DNA from: Vicugna vicugna
Taxonomy: Eukaryota
Direction: 5' to 3'
NCBI GenBank assembly: GCA_013265495.1
Contig: MU058221.1
Coordinates: 4,342,001-4,406,000, forward strand
Length of the DNA: 64,000 nucleotides
Of this stretch, positions 13,545 through 26,399 are shown piece after piece. Every line of letters begins with the position of its first letter. Positions within the stretch are counted from its first letter, which is position 1. The notes beneath the pieces were generated by a model, which searched no databases, was not told the DNA's origin, and saw only the letters and a program-made list of their open reading frames with translations. Both the position numbers and the translations under genes were made by a program.

Positions 13545-13810
13545 TATCCCACACTGAACCGAGGCCCTGGCCAGAGCCACAAAGAAATGAAAAGAAATAA
13601 AAGGGCTAATAATTTGAAAGGAAGAAATAAAAGTGTCACTTTTTGCAGACAATGTGATTGTACTGTAGGAAACCCAAGAGAACGTACAAGAAAAACTATT
13701 AGAATTAATAATGTTAGTAAGGTAAGAGAATACACGTGTACCCCTGATAAACAATAAGAAAAAAAGCTGGTGTGTTTTTAAAAAGAACAGGAATATCCAA
13801 TATCCCAATT
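13545..13810 (+). mobile_element. Old L1 ORF2 (reverse transcriptase) fragment
   Basis: GAAGAAATAAAAGTGTCACTTTTTGCAGACAATGTGATTGTA = EEIKVSLFADNVIV, a decayed L1 RT LFADDMIVY motif, followed by KKLLELI-like sequence. Confidence 0.85.
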
Positions 13811-15429
13811 AAAATTATTAATGTTACCATACATCACCTTCTCTCCTCCCCAATGCATCTATAAAATCTGTGACAGTTTTAAATGCTTTGTGTGACCAGT
13901 TTGCGGGGGGGAAGCAAGGGGAAATGCTGAGTTCTGGAGCTGGATAAGCACAGAGCAGAAGTAACAGGACAATAAAATGAGAGTGAAGGGGGGTAAGGGT
14001 TTGGGGAGACAGGCGCTCTGATTCAGAAGTGCCTGTGAGGCGGAAACTCCCAGGAATGCACAGAAATCTTGGGGTGGGCACTGAACTTCCCACAGGACGT
14101 TCAAGGGGGTGTCAAGACAGTTGCACTCACATCTCAAAGTTCAGGGTGGCATCTGCTGATAACTGCTTGCGCATGGAATATCCTTGAACCGCGTGTTTGC
14201 CCCCCACTGTAGCCCTGAATGCTGTCACACTAAGCACAAGTTCATAGCACACAGGATGCTACGTGCACATATCCTTCAAGGCCTGTGTAGGATGCAAATG
14301 AGCCCTGAAATTTCCCAGGTCACCTCAGCCTCCGGTTCACTGTTAACTAGTCACCTCATTCTACACAAAAATGGAAGTCTGTGCTTCTTCACAATGAAGA
14401 TCTCTGGTTGTCTGCCACCTCACAAAGCTCCTGATACAAGGTCCTCATCACGACCACGCTGGACACAGCACACCCGGCGCACTCCGCACAGCCTCTCCCC
14501 CCAGACCACGGCATTCTCCAATCCCACTGGGCGAGCAGAGCACGCTCTCCCTGGGGCACTAAGCAGGTTTCCAGGTATTTGTGATCTGCACCAGATGCCA
14601 CTTTCTGGAACACACAGGCCGGTGCAGCTACCGCCATCTGACATGTGCATTAAAGAAATGTCCAGAGCAGATGTGAAGGAGGGGAAAAAAATCTAAGAAG
14701 GGCAGCATTTATTTTTGCTTGAGAGGGAGATCAGGGTCTGAATCTCAGCTGACTTGAGACATATGCTGCTTCCCAAAGAAGGAAAAATAGAAAAACAGGA
14801 AATAGAATAAGACCAAAAAAAGAGCCATCAGAACGGCCTACCCTCCGCAGTGCCAGAACTGAGACCAATGGGAGGCAAATTTGCGATCGATTTAATATTG
14901 TAATGGCTGCAGCTGACTGCAGCGGAAAGGCTTTCTTTACGGAGTGGTGGGAAGCTGGAAACTCAAGAAAAAAGGCTGAACTGCCATTTGCCAGAAGTCC
15001 TCTGGGGAGGGGGTGGGCAGTCCTAGATGCAAATCAGAGACATAAAGGTGTCTTTCAAACACACCATGAAGCAAATCCCTCTCCCTCTACGCACAGGTCC
15101 AACCCTGGTCAACAGGATGGCCCCAAGGCACTACAGACTTCACAGTGCTCTGTAGTTGTCTTAAGAGAGGAAATTATGGACTACGAATTGATTACACACA
15201 AAGTGAACTGTGACAAACCCATGAGAAACAATTGACTAGATTCCAGAGCTTATAAGCAGCCTCAGATTAACCCTCGATTTCCTTGGGTAATGCAGGCACA
15301 GGCTGGAGGTAGGATGCTGTTTGCTGGACCAAGATGTGTCTAAGAGGAATGTGATAGGAAAAATTATAAAGCTCCCCTCAACCAAGAAAATTTCTGGTCC
15401 GAGTTTATTCAATCGAACTAATTTTGGCA

Positions 15430-15970
15430 CCGCTGTGAAAAGATTTTATAGTTGTAATTAAAGTCCCTAGGTGACCTTAAAATATGGAAAATTTCTGGAT
15501 AGGACCAATCTAATCACATTAGCCTTTGAAAGCATGGACATTTCTCCAGCTGCTGGGAGGAAACGAAGGCAGATGGAAACTCAGAGAGATTCCAAATATG
15601 AGAAGGACTCGATGACCGATACCAATTTGAAGATGAACAAAGCCAAGGGAGTGATGTGAACAGTCTCCAAGGATCGAGGGCAAACCCCAGCCAACAGTCA
15701 GCAAGGAAACAGGAACTTCAGAACTACAACTGCAAAGAACTGATTCTACCAACAACCTGACGGAACTTGGAAGTGGATCCTTCCGAGAGCCCAGCCAAGA
15801 ACCCAGCCCAGCCAACACCTTGACTTCAGCACCTCACGAGACCAAAAGCAGGGAACCCAGTCGAGTACCCCTGGACTGCTGACCTACAGAACTGTGAAAT
15901 AATAGATGGGTGTTGTTTTAAGTCCCTAAGTTTGCAGTCATTTGTTACAAAGAAATAGGTGACAAATTCA
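15430..15970 (+). mobile_element. MaLR LTR (MLT1D/E-like)
   Basis: CAGCAAGGAAACAGGAACTTCAGAACTACAACTGCAAAGAACTGATTCTACCAACAACCTGA...CTGACCTACAGAACTGTGAAATAATAGATGGGTGTTGTTTTAAG. Confidence 0.85.
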
Positions 15971-16830
15971 AGGAGCCAGCATCCCTCATCAGAGAGACTC
16001 CTGATAGATCTTGTATTGCAGGTCTTTCCTAAGCACCCCTAAGGAACAGTCAACTCTGGTCTATACTGAATGGCGGGTGAGCTTGTCTTTTGTGCCCCAA
16101 GCTTCCAGTTTCTGGGCCCCCAAGCCCATTTTTGTGACTCTTGTACTATTCTATGCCCTTCCCCTTATTAGAGCTTTCAATCAGGTTGAAATGTAAGTAA
16201 CTTAGCATAACCCTCATCTGTACTTTAATTGGAATCAAAGTTAAGCTAAAGGGTTGGACTTTAAGAGCGGGACAGCAGCCATCATTTTCCTAGGCACCCT
16301 TGAAATCACAAAACTTTTGACAGGTCCTGAATATCTGAGTGGCACAGGCAAATGACAGATTAAGAAGAAACAAGGTTCAAACTGGCGGTGAGACTAGAGT
16401 AAGAATAACAATCTAGGCACAGGATATCCCAAGATCACGTTTCAACATCTTAGATGACAGCTTTGTCAAATGTTAATTTTAAATGTTTTTAAGTAAAATA
16501 TGCAAAGAGAGCCCAATTAGGGAGGCAAAATGCATGGGGGAAATTAGCCTCTTTATTAGATTCTTCTCATTCAGTAGACTTACCCTATTTCACCTTATTA
16601 ACTTCGTTGACTTCACTTTTAGAAAAGGAACAAAGACCCCCAAATATTGAGAGTATACTTTTGACTTAATTAAAAGGAAAAGATCAAAATGCTGAGAAAA
16701 ATATGTCCAAAGGGCAGATTGAGTTTTCCCCTCGTTTATCACAAATCCATTAGCACTAACTGGGTGAAAGTTTCCCAGATGGATACACATTCTGGAACCT
16801 TCATGATGTTCACTGGATTGTGCTTGCAAG

Positions 16831-17215
16831 TGTCACGGCCTCAACTGCACCCCCTCCCCAAATTCATATGTTGAAGTTCTAATCCCCAAGAACCTCAGAA
16901 AGTGACTATACTTGCAAACAGCGTCTTTAAAGAGGTGATTAAGGTTAAATGGGGTCATTGGGTGGAACCTAATCCAGTATGACAGCTGTCCTTGTAACAA
17001 GAGGAGACTGAGACACAGACAGAGCGAAGGCCTTGTGAAGACACAGGGCGAAGACCGCCATCAGCAAGCCAAGGAGGAAGAGGGCCAAGTGAAAACCAAC
17101 CCTATCAGCACCTGGAGCTTGAACTTCCAGCCTCCAGAATCACAAGACAATAAATCTCTGTTGTTGACGCCGCCCAGTCTGTGGCACTTAATGGCAGCCT
17201 TAACAAACTAATGCA
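16831..17215 (+). mobile_element. MaLR solo LTR (MLT1A/B-like)
   Basis: CCCCAAATTCATATGTTGAAGTTCTAATCCCCA...GAGGTGATTAAGGTTAAATGGGGTC...GAACTTCCAGCCTCCAGAA...AATAAA...CTAATGCA. Confidence 0.9.
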
Positions 17216-17329
17216 GAGTTAACAGCAGCATTCCAGCGAAGTGTATATTATCATCTCTCTCACCTTGAAAAAAAAGTCTCCAGATGTTTGCATACTACTA
17301 GGAAGAAAAAGAATATTGTAAAGCCCCTA

Positions 17330-17745
17330 TTTCATCCATGCATTTACTCTTTAGTTCAATACATGTGTATTAAGCCCCACTGTGTGCTCATGTCAGTACC
17401 CTATGAGGTATCTCTGAGGGTAGAAAGACACAGAAATTTGAAACCAGTCTCCAAAGACTTCACAACCCAAAGAAGGAGACTCATGAAGGTGCAGAAAGAT
17501 CTATTTTCAAGCTGTGACACATCTTGTGACACAAGATGAGCCTGGATGGGTGACTTCAACTCTCTAAGCCTCAGATTCCTCATTTATAAAATGGGGCAAC
17601 CAGCACACAGTGGTGCTGCAAAATCTACAGCATGTAGATTCATCTTCTAAGTAGCGGTATGCTTAGCCTGAAGGTAGATCAGATAATGTGTATAAGACAC
17701 TCAGCATAGTGTCAGGTATATGTTAAAGGCTCAAGCAACATTAAC
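17330..17745. mobile_element. Adjacent L2 (minus) and MIR (plus) fragments
   Basis: TTCATCCATGCATTTACTC... (L2 3' end, minus strand), then ACTTCAACTCTCTAAGCCTCAGATTCCTCATTTATAAAATGGGG (MIR core). Confidence 0.6.
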
Positions 17746-18104
17746 TAGTGTTAGTGTAATAATTATTTTAGTAACAAGAGGTATATATACTTAGGGCCGA
17801 AAAGGATGGTCCAGGAATAGGAGACATTAATGTGGACTTGAGTCATTGGTCATCCACAAAGGACAGGAACAGCTTAGAAAGGAGGCATTCCAGCCCTTTA
17901 CGTGAGTGTAGGATCAGAGGAGGACAGGAGAGATGGTCGGGAGGAACTGCAGAGGACTGAGGCAGGGGAGGGGGCACGGGAAGGTAACTTTGGGAGAAGG
18001 CTGGAGCTCAGTGGTCCGCCAGCTCCTGCAGACCTGAACTAGGTTTGAGATTTGAACCTATCAGCTTTAGCACAGGCCCCCTGAACTTGAGTGTGTGTTC
18101 AGTT

Positions 18105-18590
18105 ACGTCTTTTTCAACATTTTAATATGATCCTGGCCACATGCCTCCACCACATGGATGATATTAGGCTGAAAAGAAAATTAATGTCTTATTGTCCAGT
18201 TTCAAATGTATCTTAACAGGCCAGACTGATGAGCTGAATCTTACAAGATGTCATTTTCACAAAAAGAAATATAAATTCCTACACTTGTATCTAAACAGCC
18301 AACTGCGCAAAGCAGCTGGGGTAAGAACAAGACGCAGCAGCGACTCAGGAGAAAAGTCCAGCAGTTTCAGGGGACAAAGAGTCATTGTGGGTTGTGGCTG
18401 CCACCTTCAATGGCATCAACAGAAACCCAATCAGAAGCTGGGAAATGACTGTTGTTTTATTTTTAGATAACATTTATTCGACCACATCTGATGTCTTGTG
18501 TTTAAATTTGAGCATCACACTTCAAGAAGGAAATCAACAAATGGGAACATCATACTCAGAAATAGACCATCAGAGCTGAAAAAAACATGA
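18105..18590 (+). mobile_element. L3/CR1 LINE fragment (RT C-terminal region)
   Basis: TTCAACATTTTAATATGATCCTGG...TATAAATTCCTACACTTG...CAACTGCGCAAAG...GACCACATCTGATGTCTTGTGTTTAAATTTGAGCATCACACTTCAAGAAGGAAATCAACAAA follows the recalled L3/CR1 motif order. Confidence 0.7.
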
Positions 18591-19469
18591 GTTTGTATGG
18601 GTACAGGAAGAAAAGGTAAAGAAGGCAGAATGCAAATGGGTGTGTGAGACTGGACAGGAAACAAAACAACTGGGGAAAAAAGGTTTGGAATCAGAGGTGT
18701 ATACAGGGCACCCTGGGGACTGTGAGTAGGTTAGTGTATATTGAAAAAGTAATTACAATTTTACCAATGTGACAGCTGAAAAGTTGTATCTTACTGGTAT
18801 TTTTTTTTATTTATTTGACTGTTAGCAAAATGGAAAGTTCATGTAATTATTGACCATTTATATTTCAATGTCTATATGTTTCTAATGTAATTATTTTCCC
18901 TGGAAAAAAAAAAGGCAATTACATCCCTTTTCTCTCTTCTGTGGACATGCAATGGGTTATGTGTCTGACACGCGAAGGTAAGTTTTCACTCCACCCCTGA
19001 CCCACTGAGCCCACAGCAGCTAATAATTTATGAACTAAGCCGTGGTGCAGCTCGCCGAGCAATGAGCCAATGGCAGAGAATCGCTGTTGTTCTGGGAAAG
19101 GAAGAATCAGTGTGTCACCCAAAGCCTCCTGAGCTCCTCTTCTGCACTGGGAGCCCCTCCCCTCACGTGCGCAGGGAATGAGGGGCTGTAAGGTTCCTTA
19201 CGCTGACTTGCTGACACCGGTGAATAACCCAAGGTAACGCTGTTCAGGTCAAGATTGTCCTTGACTGAGAAGCAAGGATCTGTGATGATCTTGCCAGCTC
19301 CCTCGTCCCCTCTCACAGGCCTCTTCTTTCCTCCACCACCATCACCTACAGAAACAAACACAGCGAGCGTTGTGGCCATTTTCTCCGCTCTCTGGAACCC
19401 CAGCTGTGGTGACACGTCACACCCTCCCTTCCTCGGCAGGTCCCGGGACCTTTTCTGGCTCCGGCCCCT

Positions 19470-20027
19470 TTGTCAGAAGTGGCCTGTCCTACTGAAAACC
19501 TACAACAGAACGCAGTGCCCACTGGCACCTGCCGAGGGCCTGTGACCCCCGGTCCCGGGCTCTCGGATGTCTGCCTGCAGCGCCTCAAAGGACAAAGTCC
19601 GCCTTTTCCCGACGCGCTGGCCGTAGCAGAACTAATGGCCCTGGGAAGCGACCGGCCTCCCCGCAGCCCAGGCAGGCTCGTCTCGGCCCATGTCTCCTCC
19701 TCATCGGAATCATAAATCCCACTCCCTTGCTTGTGTCAGCCCGTGTCTCCATCTTCCTGGGGCCATAAATCCACTATCCCCACATATGCCAAAGCCCCTT
19801 ACCTCACTTCTAGCCAATCAGAAATCTGCTCCCAATCCTTTGTGTCCACAGCCCCTTCCTCATTAAAGACCCCGCACGTTCCCGCCGGCGGACACGCAGG
19901 CACCGCTTGCCTACGTGGCCCGCTGTTGCCCAGAGCAGCATAACCGTTAAACTTTCCTTTGTTCTTAAACTTTCCCTCGCCTTTGGTAAATTCTTCTTAC
20001 CAACCCAGGTCAGTGGCGCTGCCAACA
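19470..20027 (+). mobile_element. ERVL-type LTR, MER74/MER73/MER54-group-like
   Basis: CCAAT box (19814-19818) and 3' end CTTTGGTAAATTCTTCTTACCAACCC...GCCAACA resemble this LTR group. 5' boundary uncertain. Confidence 0.55.
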
Positions 20028-21119
20028 CAGAATGAATGTTATAAACTGATCTGTGACGAAGCTGACTGTGGCCAAATAATGATCCGATGTATTCACTGCA
20101 ACTTAGTTTCATCTAAGGAGGAAGGGCCTTTGATCCAAAAGTTAAGAAAGCTCTCCTCCCATCACCCCACTGAGACACGCACCTTGAGTCTGGACTCAGG
20201 CTGTTTGGGGCCCTGGTGTCTCTGTGAACACCAAAGGTGGGAGCCCGTCAGCCAGCGTTCAAATCATCATGAGACACAGACCCCTCCCGTCACGGTGGCT
20301 CTAGACAAGTGGGGAACAATACTACACACAGCAGGAGCTATAAACTCTGGGCTAAAATTGGTCAGGAAACGTTCATGTGTTTCGATCAGGCCACACCAAA
20401 ACATGAGAAAATGAAATGAAGACCACGGACTACACAGATAAACAGGAACGACAAACTGAGGACCCACAGGGTCCTAAAAACAGGCAAATTCTGCAAAGCT
20501 CATGAGGTCACCTTACGGAGTGAAGCCCATCAACACAGGTGACAGCCACACAAATCCCCAAATAAAGGAGCAGAAAGCCAAGGTCAAGCCAAGACTGCAG
20601 ACGCGCACTGAGGGACCCCGGGTCTCACAACGGGCAGGCGCAGTCGGCCTGGTATCCCCAGCTGCCTACCAGGAAGAGCAGTGCTGGGGCCAAGTCCAAA
20701 AAGTCACTCCAGACCCTTCCCCTCTTCCCAGCAAGACAGAAAGTCTGCAGCAAACGTGGAGTATTTACCCCGATTCCTGCCTTGCTTCTTTTCTGAGAGC
20801 CACTCTGCACATAAAAGGACTCTGACATCCAAAGACTGGGGAGGTTTAGAAGAATGCTAATTGGATGATGTGCCCATAAAGGGCACCGAAGGGTTCTTCC
20901 AGCATGCCCTGGAGCATTCTGCAGTTGTTGGAAGGAATCAGAGACCAGACCCCTTACACCCCTGCTGAAAACATGGGCCTCCAGCCTGCTTCTCAGCTCT
21001 ATCCCTCTGACCCCTGATGTCATAACAACACACAAACACCTTTTCCACCAACAGCATACACAACAGCCACCAGGAAAACTACCACCTCCAACCACACTAT
21101 CACAACAAAGGCAGCCAAC

Positions 21120-21250
21120 GCTTCTGACCACTTACTGTGCGCCAGACACCGCTCTGCTCGTGTTCCATGTGCCGTCTCATCTCAACTCATTTTTTAAAGT
21201 CCTATCTTGCAGGTAAGGAAACTGAGGCACTGAAAGTTTAAAATGCCTTG
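21120..21250 (-). mobile_element. MIR
   Basis: CACTTACTGTGCGCCAGACAC...TTGCAGGTAAGGAAACTGAGGCACTGAAAGTTTAAA. Confidence 0.75.
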
Positions 21251-23449
21251 TCTTTAAATGACTAATGAAATGACTAATTAATTAATGACAAATGACTCAT
21301 TCATGGAGGAGCCAGCCCTATTTTTAACCAACAACCACTACTGGCTCCCTGATACCTAAACAAGCTGATCCCAGTCCTAACCCCTCCCCTGGTAGCCTCT
21401 TTCTTGAAGCCACACTTCCTCTCCCCAAGATTCCACTTTCCCCCAGTGGTCCCCTTCTTCCCCAATATTCCACGATGTTTCCTTGAACACTCCTCCTGTT
21501 TATGGTCCTAAGTGATGCCTGGTTATCCTGCAAAAGGTGGATCTGATCCTCAGATACATCAAAAAATTACTGTTAATGCATTCGACCCCCAACCTCCCAG
21601 TTTTTAACCTCCTTGGCTACACTGACTCTGACCTGTAGCCTTAAGCCACACACCACACATTTTCCTCACTCATAATTGCCCCACATCCGAGATCCCCAGC
21701 TGACTGCCTCCTCTCTGGAAGGCAAATGTGTTTCCATTCACCATGCCTATTCCGGCAGAATACATCCTTCACAGCACGATTCCTGAAAATTGTACTCGGC
21801 TCACTTCTCACAGCCCATTGCCCTCCCGCCCACTCCACCACGGACAGCGACCCTGACAAGGCCCACCCTCAGTCAGGGCCCTCGCCATCACCCCCTTCTT
21901 CCATCTCTTTACCAGCCTCAATTCTTCTTGCGCCCCTTACCTCAATACCATCACAGTATCTTTATTCCACCCTGTGCTTGCTCAATTAATTAAAATTTTC
22001 ACCTAATGCATAATAATAATTGAGATACGGTGTCTCCTATCACATAAGGGAATAAATATTTCCCAGTGATAACACACTATGCTAATACAGTTATGGTGAA
22101 ATAGTACTTTCACATACCGCTGGTTGTGATAAAAAAAAAATTAGCACACTCTTCTGGAGGGTATATGTAAATCGAATCCTATTAAAATCAAAACTATGCA
22201 AATTTGTGCCTGTAAATCATTTCCTATTAAAATTCATACCACTTTACTTGGTAACTTGATTTCTATAAATCTATACTAAGTAAATAATTAGACAGTCCCC
22301 TAAAGTGTTATCCCTGCCCCTCCAAACCTACCCAAATGTACACATTTATCAAGGCCTAGAGCCATTTCCTCCACCCCTGTGGAATTTTAAGGGCACAAAG
22401 AGCTGTCTCTGCTTTGAATGTCTAATGCGCTCAGTGTCTCTCTTCTTGTGCCTTGCATTGCTGGTTATCAGCTTACTCAGATTCAACAAGATTTTATGAT
22501 ACAGACTCAGAATGGATGGGGGAGGGTATAGTAGCACTGGGGAGAGAAGGGGTATTAAGATATGACCCTGACCATGGTAAGTCAGCTCCTGTCCTGCTGC
22601 CTAACAGACCTGAGGTCCCCTTGAAGGCAAGGGCCACGGCTTATTTATTTTTTATATGTGAAGAACCTAACATAAAGCCTTGCAAAAATGCAGCGGGCAC
22701 TCAGCTACTTAATAAACTTTTTGCTGAGAGATTCATTTAGTGATACACAGTGGTGTCATCGATCCTAGAACCCTTCTTCCACAAGGTTCTCTCGTGGTAA
22801 GGTAACACCAGTGGAGACTTTGCCAACCGTGGCTAGTCTGGCCATGATTGATGGATATTTGGGGAAGAACTTAATTTTCAGGGTAAACATTGATCTTTAT
22901 TTCCTCCTCTGTATGATGCAAAAATCAGGTTCCCCCCTAAAAACATTTTTCTCCATAGGAAAAATATATTTCTACACATCTAAAATATAATTAAACCTCA
23001 ACGACTAATAGGAATACTTACCATTTATTAAAGACAGTATTATCCGCACTTTATAGATCAGGCTGTTGAACGTCAGAGAAGTTAACAGATGATGAAACTA
23101 TAAGTAGTGGATCACAAATTTATTCCCAAGCCCCTCCCTTCCCATTGCACCATGCTATTTTCCTAATATACATATGTATGCATTTTAGAAATAGACCTTC
23201 CAAGGGGAAATTTTTCCTGTGTATCTCAAAATACCCCAACGTCACTAACCTCCACTCCCACACCACCACTCCCATCACGTTAACTTTTTCCACTCCTCGT
23301 TGTGCCTGAGTTTTCTTTCTGAGGCCACTGTGCTTATTTTCACTTTTCAAAACATCTACCCGTGGAAAGGACAAGCCAGGGGAGAAGCTGTTGCATGGAG
23401 AACGGACCTTTCAAGGCACACGGACTCTTTAAAGATCTCAGTAGAAAAC

Positions 23450-23892
23450 AGAGTCGAGTCCCAGCAGGAAGCCAAAGGTACACTCAGATTAGGGTAATTG
23501 AAGGAGGACTGAATACAGGAATCGTTTACAGATAAAGTGTTGGCTTTGTAAATAGGTATGTCTTTTTTGTAAATAGCTGTTACTCCTCCTAGAAGTAGAG
23601 GGACAAGGAGAAGACGACGCAGGAGGAAGAGACGGCCACCTTACGAGGATCAGTGGAGTCAGCCCAGGATGACCTCAAAGTGGTAGAGCCCGGGGGATAA
23701 GCACCCGGCCTCCCTCGCTTCCCTCCCTCTGACTTGCCACCGGCCAAATCCCATCGGATGCTTCTTCCCCTGGGCACAGGAGCCCTCAGATATAGTTCCG
23801 CAGGTCCGCCTCTCCAGGCAGGAGCTGGGTGGCAAAGCCCAGAGAGGTGTGGAAAATGGATGAGGTGGAGTAACTAAGAAGTATTGGGCACA
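23450..23892 (-). mobile_element. LTR33-like ERVL LTR
   Basis: GTCCCAGCAGGAAGCCAAAGGTACACTCAGATTAGGGTAATTGAAGGAG...GAGCCCGGGGGATAAGCACCCGGCCTC...CAGGTCCGCCTCTCCAGGCAGGAGC; homologous by eye to the copy at 34610. Confidence 0.7.
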
Positions 23893-24439
23893 AGTAACGG
23901 AAGTCAACCTCAAAGTTTTACCAGGTAGCACTGCTTTCCATAGAGGACAGAACTTTTAAATACACAAATGTTGGTGGTATGAAGGAATAGTAAACTGAAG
24001 ATGAGGAATGTCAGATATATAGGGTATCCTAATAAAATCCATACACATTTGGTTAGTGGGATATTAACAAGTATTTTATTATGTAGAACAAACCAACATT
24101 AACCAGTCCCTACTTTGATTTCCCTATAATTAGAAATGTAAGAAATACCCACCATTGGAACCAAAGCATTGTCAACAATGGCTTACATAAGAGTAACATG
24201 TATTTTGTGTTATTAGCATCTTAAAATAAGTCACATTTCATTGGGGGACCCTGTATAGTGTACAAAAGCTTGGGCACAAAGCATAATGAGGACAGAGCAC
24301 CAGATCTTGGAAGTAGAAGACAAACTGTCCCACCACTGACCTCAGAGTTACCACCAATAAAATACACTCTACTCCCCCAGACAGTGTTGTTGTAATGGGC
24401 ACATGAAAGTCCTTAATAAGCCATACAGTGCTGCACACA

Positions 24440-24590
24440 TATGTCTTTTATTGCTGTCCCATTATATAAGTATATCAGATCTTCCCAGGAGACTGAGAGC
24501 TTCTTGGGGACAGAGCCCACCCATTTTCCATAGTATCTACTGCACAGCCTGGCATAGAGTAGACACTCAATAAATAGTTTGTTGATACAT
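24440..24590 (+). mobile_element. L2 3' end
   Basis: GACTGAGAGCTTCTTGGGGACAGAG...GCACAGCCTGGCATAGAGTAGACACTCAATAAATAGTTTGTTGA. Confidence 0.85.
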
Positions 24591-25439
24591 AAATACCGGG
24601 CTGTACTTCTCAATATTAAATGGGATTCAGTCATGTCACCATCCCTTAACACAGTGGTTTTACATAAAGAAACAAAAGTACAAAGTTAGAGGAGTTCCAT
24701 GAAATTGTTATCAGTGCGTGCCAGAGCACATTACAAAGCAAGTTCTCTCTGCCTAAAAGCCATCAGTGGATGGGATGAAGCAGCGGAGGGGCAGGCGTGT
24801 GGACTCAGGGCTGGAAGAAGAGTGCAGCAGTCAAGGAAATAAACAGTACCCTGGCCAGTCCAGGCACTCAGCACAAGCACGGGCGCAGTGTGCTTGTGCC
24901 CAAAGCCACCTCCCTCGAGAGACCTCCCCCAGAGAGCCAGCCGTGCCCTTGCAAGTTTTCGCGACATTATTCCTCTCCACCAGAGCTCTTTTGTTGCTGG
25001 CTGTTAAAACGGAAACCTTTTATGGTATATATAAGCCAGAGGTGACACAATTAAATGAAACTATTTGTCATATAAAATTTACATCAGCAGGAATTAAACG
25101 TCAAATAACTTAGGATTGACAGCCTTTACTGGGTCATAAAGACTCTAAATTAGTCCTGTGAAGGGTATTGTCATGCAATCCCTAATAAACTCCACTCCAC
25201 CTAAGACTTACTTTGCAAAAGTGCCGGAAGGAGAATGTCAATGATGAGGTTGCTTTATCCCTCACAAAAGTTGAATGGAGATTAGAAATTCGTCCTGTAC
25301 TAACTATGCCAAGTGCTGCGTAAGAAAATTTAAATTTTGTCTCTTGACTGTTTTAATTTTGTGTCCTTGGACCAACTACACCACCTCTCTGATTTTCGGG
25401 TAATGCCATCCACTACTGCTCATGGCTTTCAGGAAGCTA

Positions 25440-25770
25440 CTTTTTGAACTAATGGAGTTTATTTTTTTAGAGCAATTTTAGGTTTACAGAAAAATTGAAC
25501 AAAAAGTACAGAGAACTGCCGCGTACCCCTCCCTCTTCCACCTTCTCAGTTCCTCCTATGATGAACATCTTGCACTCACGCAGAATATTCATTACAATTG
25601 ATGAATCAATAATGACACATTGTTATTAACTAATAATAATCATTTACACTAAGGCTTTCTTTGTGTTGCACAGTTATATGGGTTTTGACAAATGTCTAGT
25701 GTCATGTGTCTGTCACTATGGTATTATAGACAACAGTTTCACTGCTCTAAAAAGTTTGCTGTGTATGGAA
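25440..25770 (-). mobile_element. Old L1 3'UTR (L1MC/L1MD-like)
   Basis: TTTTAGAGCAATTTTAGGTTTACAGAAAAATTGAACAAAAAGTACAGAGA...ACAATTGATGAATCAATAATGACACATTGTTATTAACT. Confidence 0.85.
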
Positions 25771-26399
25771 CAAATTTAAGGATGAAGGGAAATAATAGAA
25801 GGGTATTTTTCTGCCTATAAACCTCCAGGTGAGTGTCTGAAAAATGTAGCAGAGATAAGTTTCCTTCCTTCATTTATTTACCATAATACTAAGTACTGGA
25901 GATACAGGGTGAATAGGACACAGCTCATACCCAGCGAGCCCAGGGAAATGTGGACATAAATGACACCATAGATGACGATGATCTTCACGGCAGAGATGCC
26001 TGAAGAACTAATACAAACAGTTAACACACATTACGTGCTGATTCTGCACCAGGCAGAGTTCCATGCTTTATATCATTTTATGCCACTAACACCCCACAAC
26101 CACTGTTCGGGTAGACACTCTCCCCATCCACCTTTTATACATGAGAGCCCAAGGGAGGCCAGTGAGCACCTTTGCTGGGAGCACAAATAAGTTCCACTGA
26201 AGAGGTGACTGAGCTGAGTTTTTAAAACAATTTGGAGTCCCAGGGTACATGGCAGGGAACGGGGAAAGCAGAACAGAAGGAGCAAAGGGAAGGAGGGCAC
26301 AGTGAAGTCACAGGGTATGCAAGTGTTCAGACAGCAGGCAAAGAGTCTGCAGTAAGAGATGAGGCTGAAGAGGAAGGCAAAGCCAATCACAGGAAATCT

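Noticed and set aside
14184..14696. 170-aa ORF
   Set aside because: Non-ATG start, no recognisable domain; length is plausible by chance.
17600..17640. Structured RNA (two short hairpins, e.g. AATCTACA-GCA-TGTAGATT)
   Set aside because: Stems of only 6-8 bp inside a MIR; expected by chance.
22518..22540. Fourth Vic-1-like SINE
   Set aside because: Only about 13 nt (GGGGAGGGTATAG) match; no B box, body or tail.
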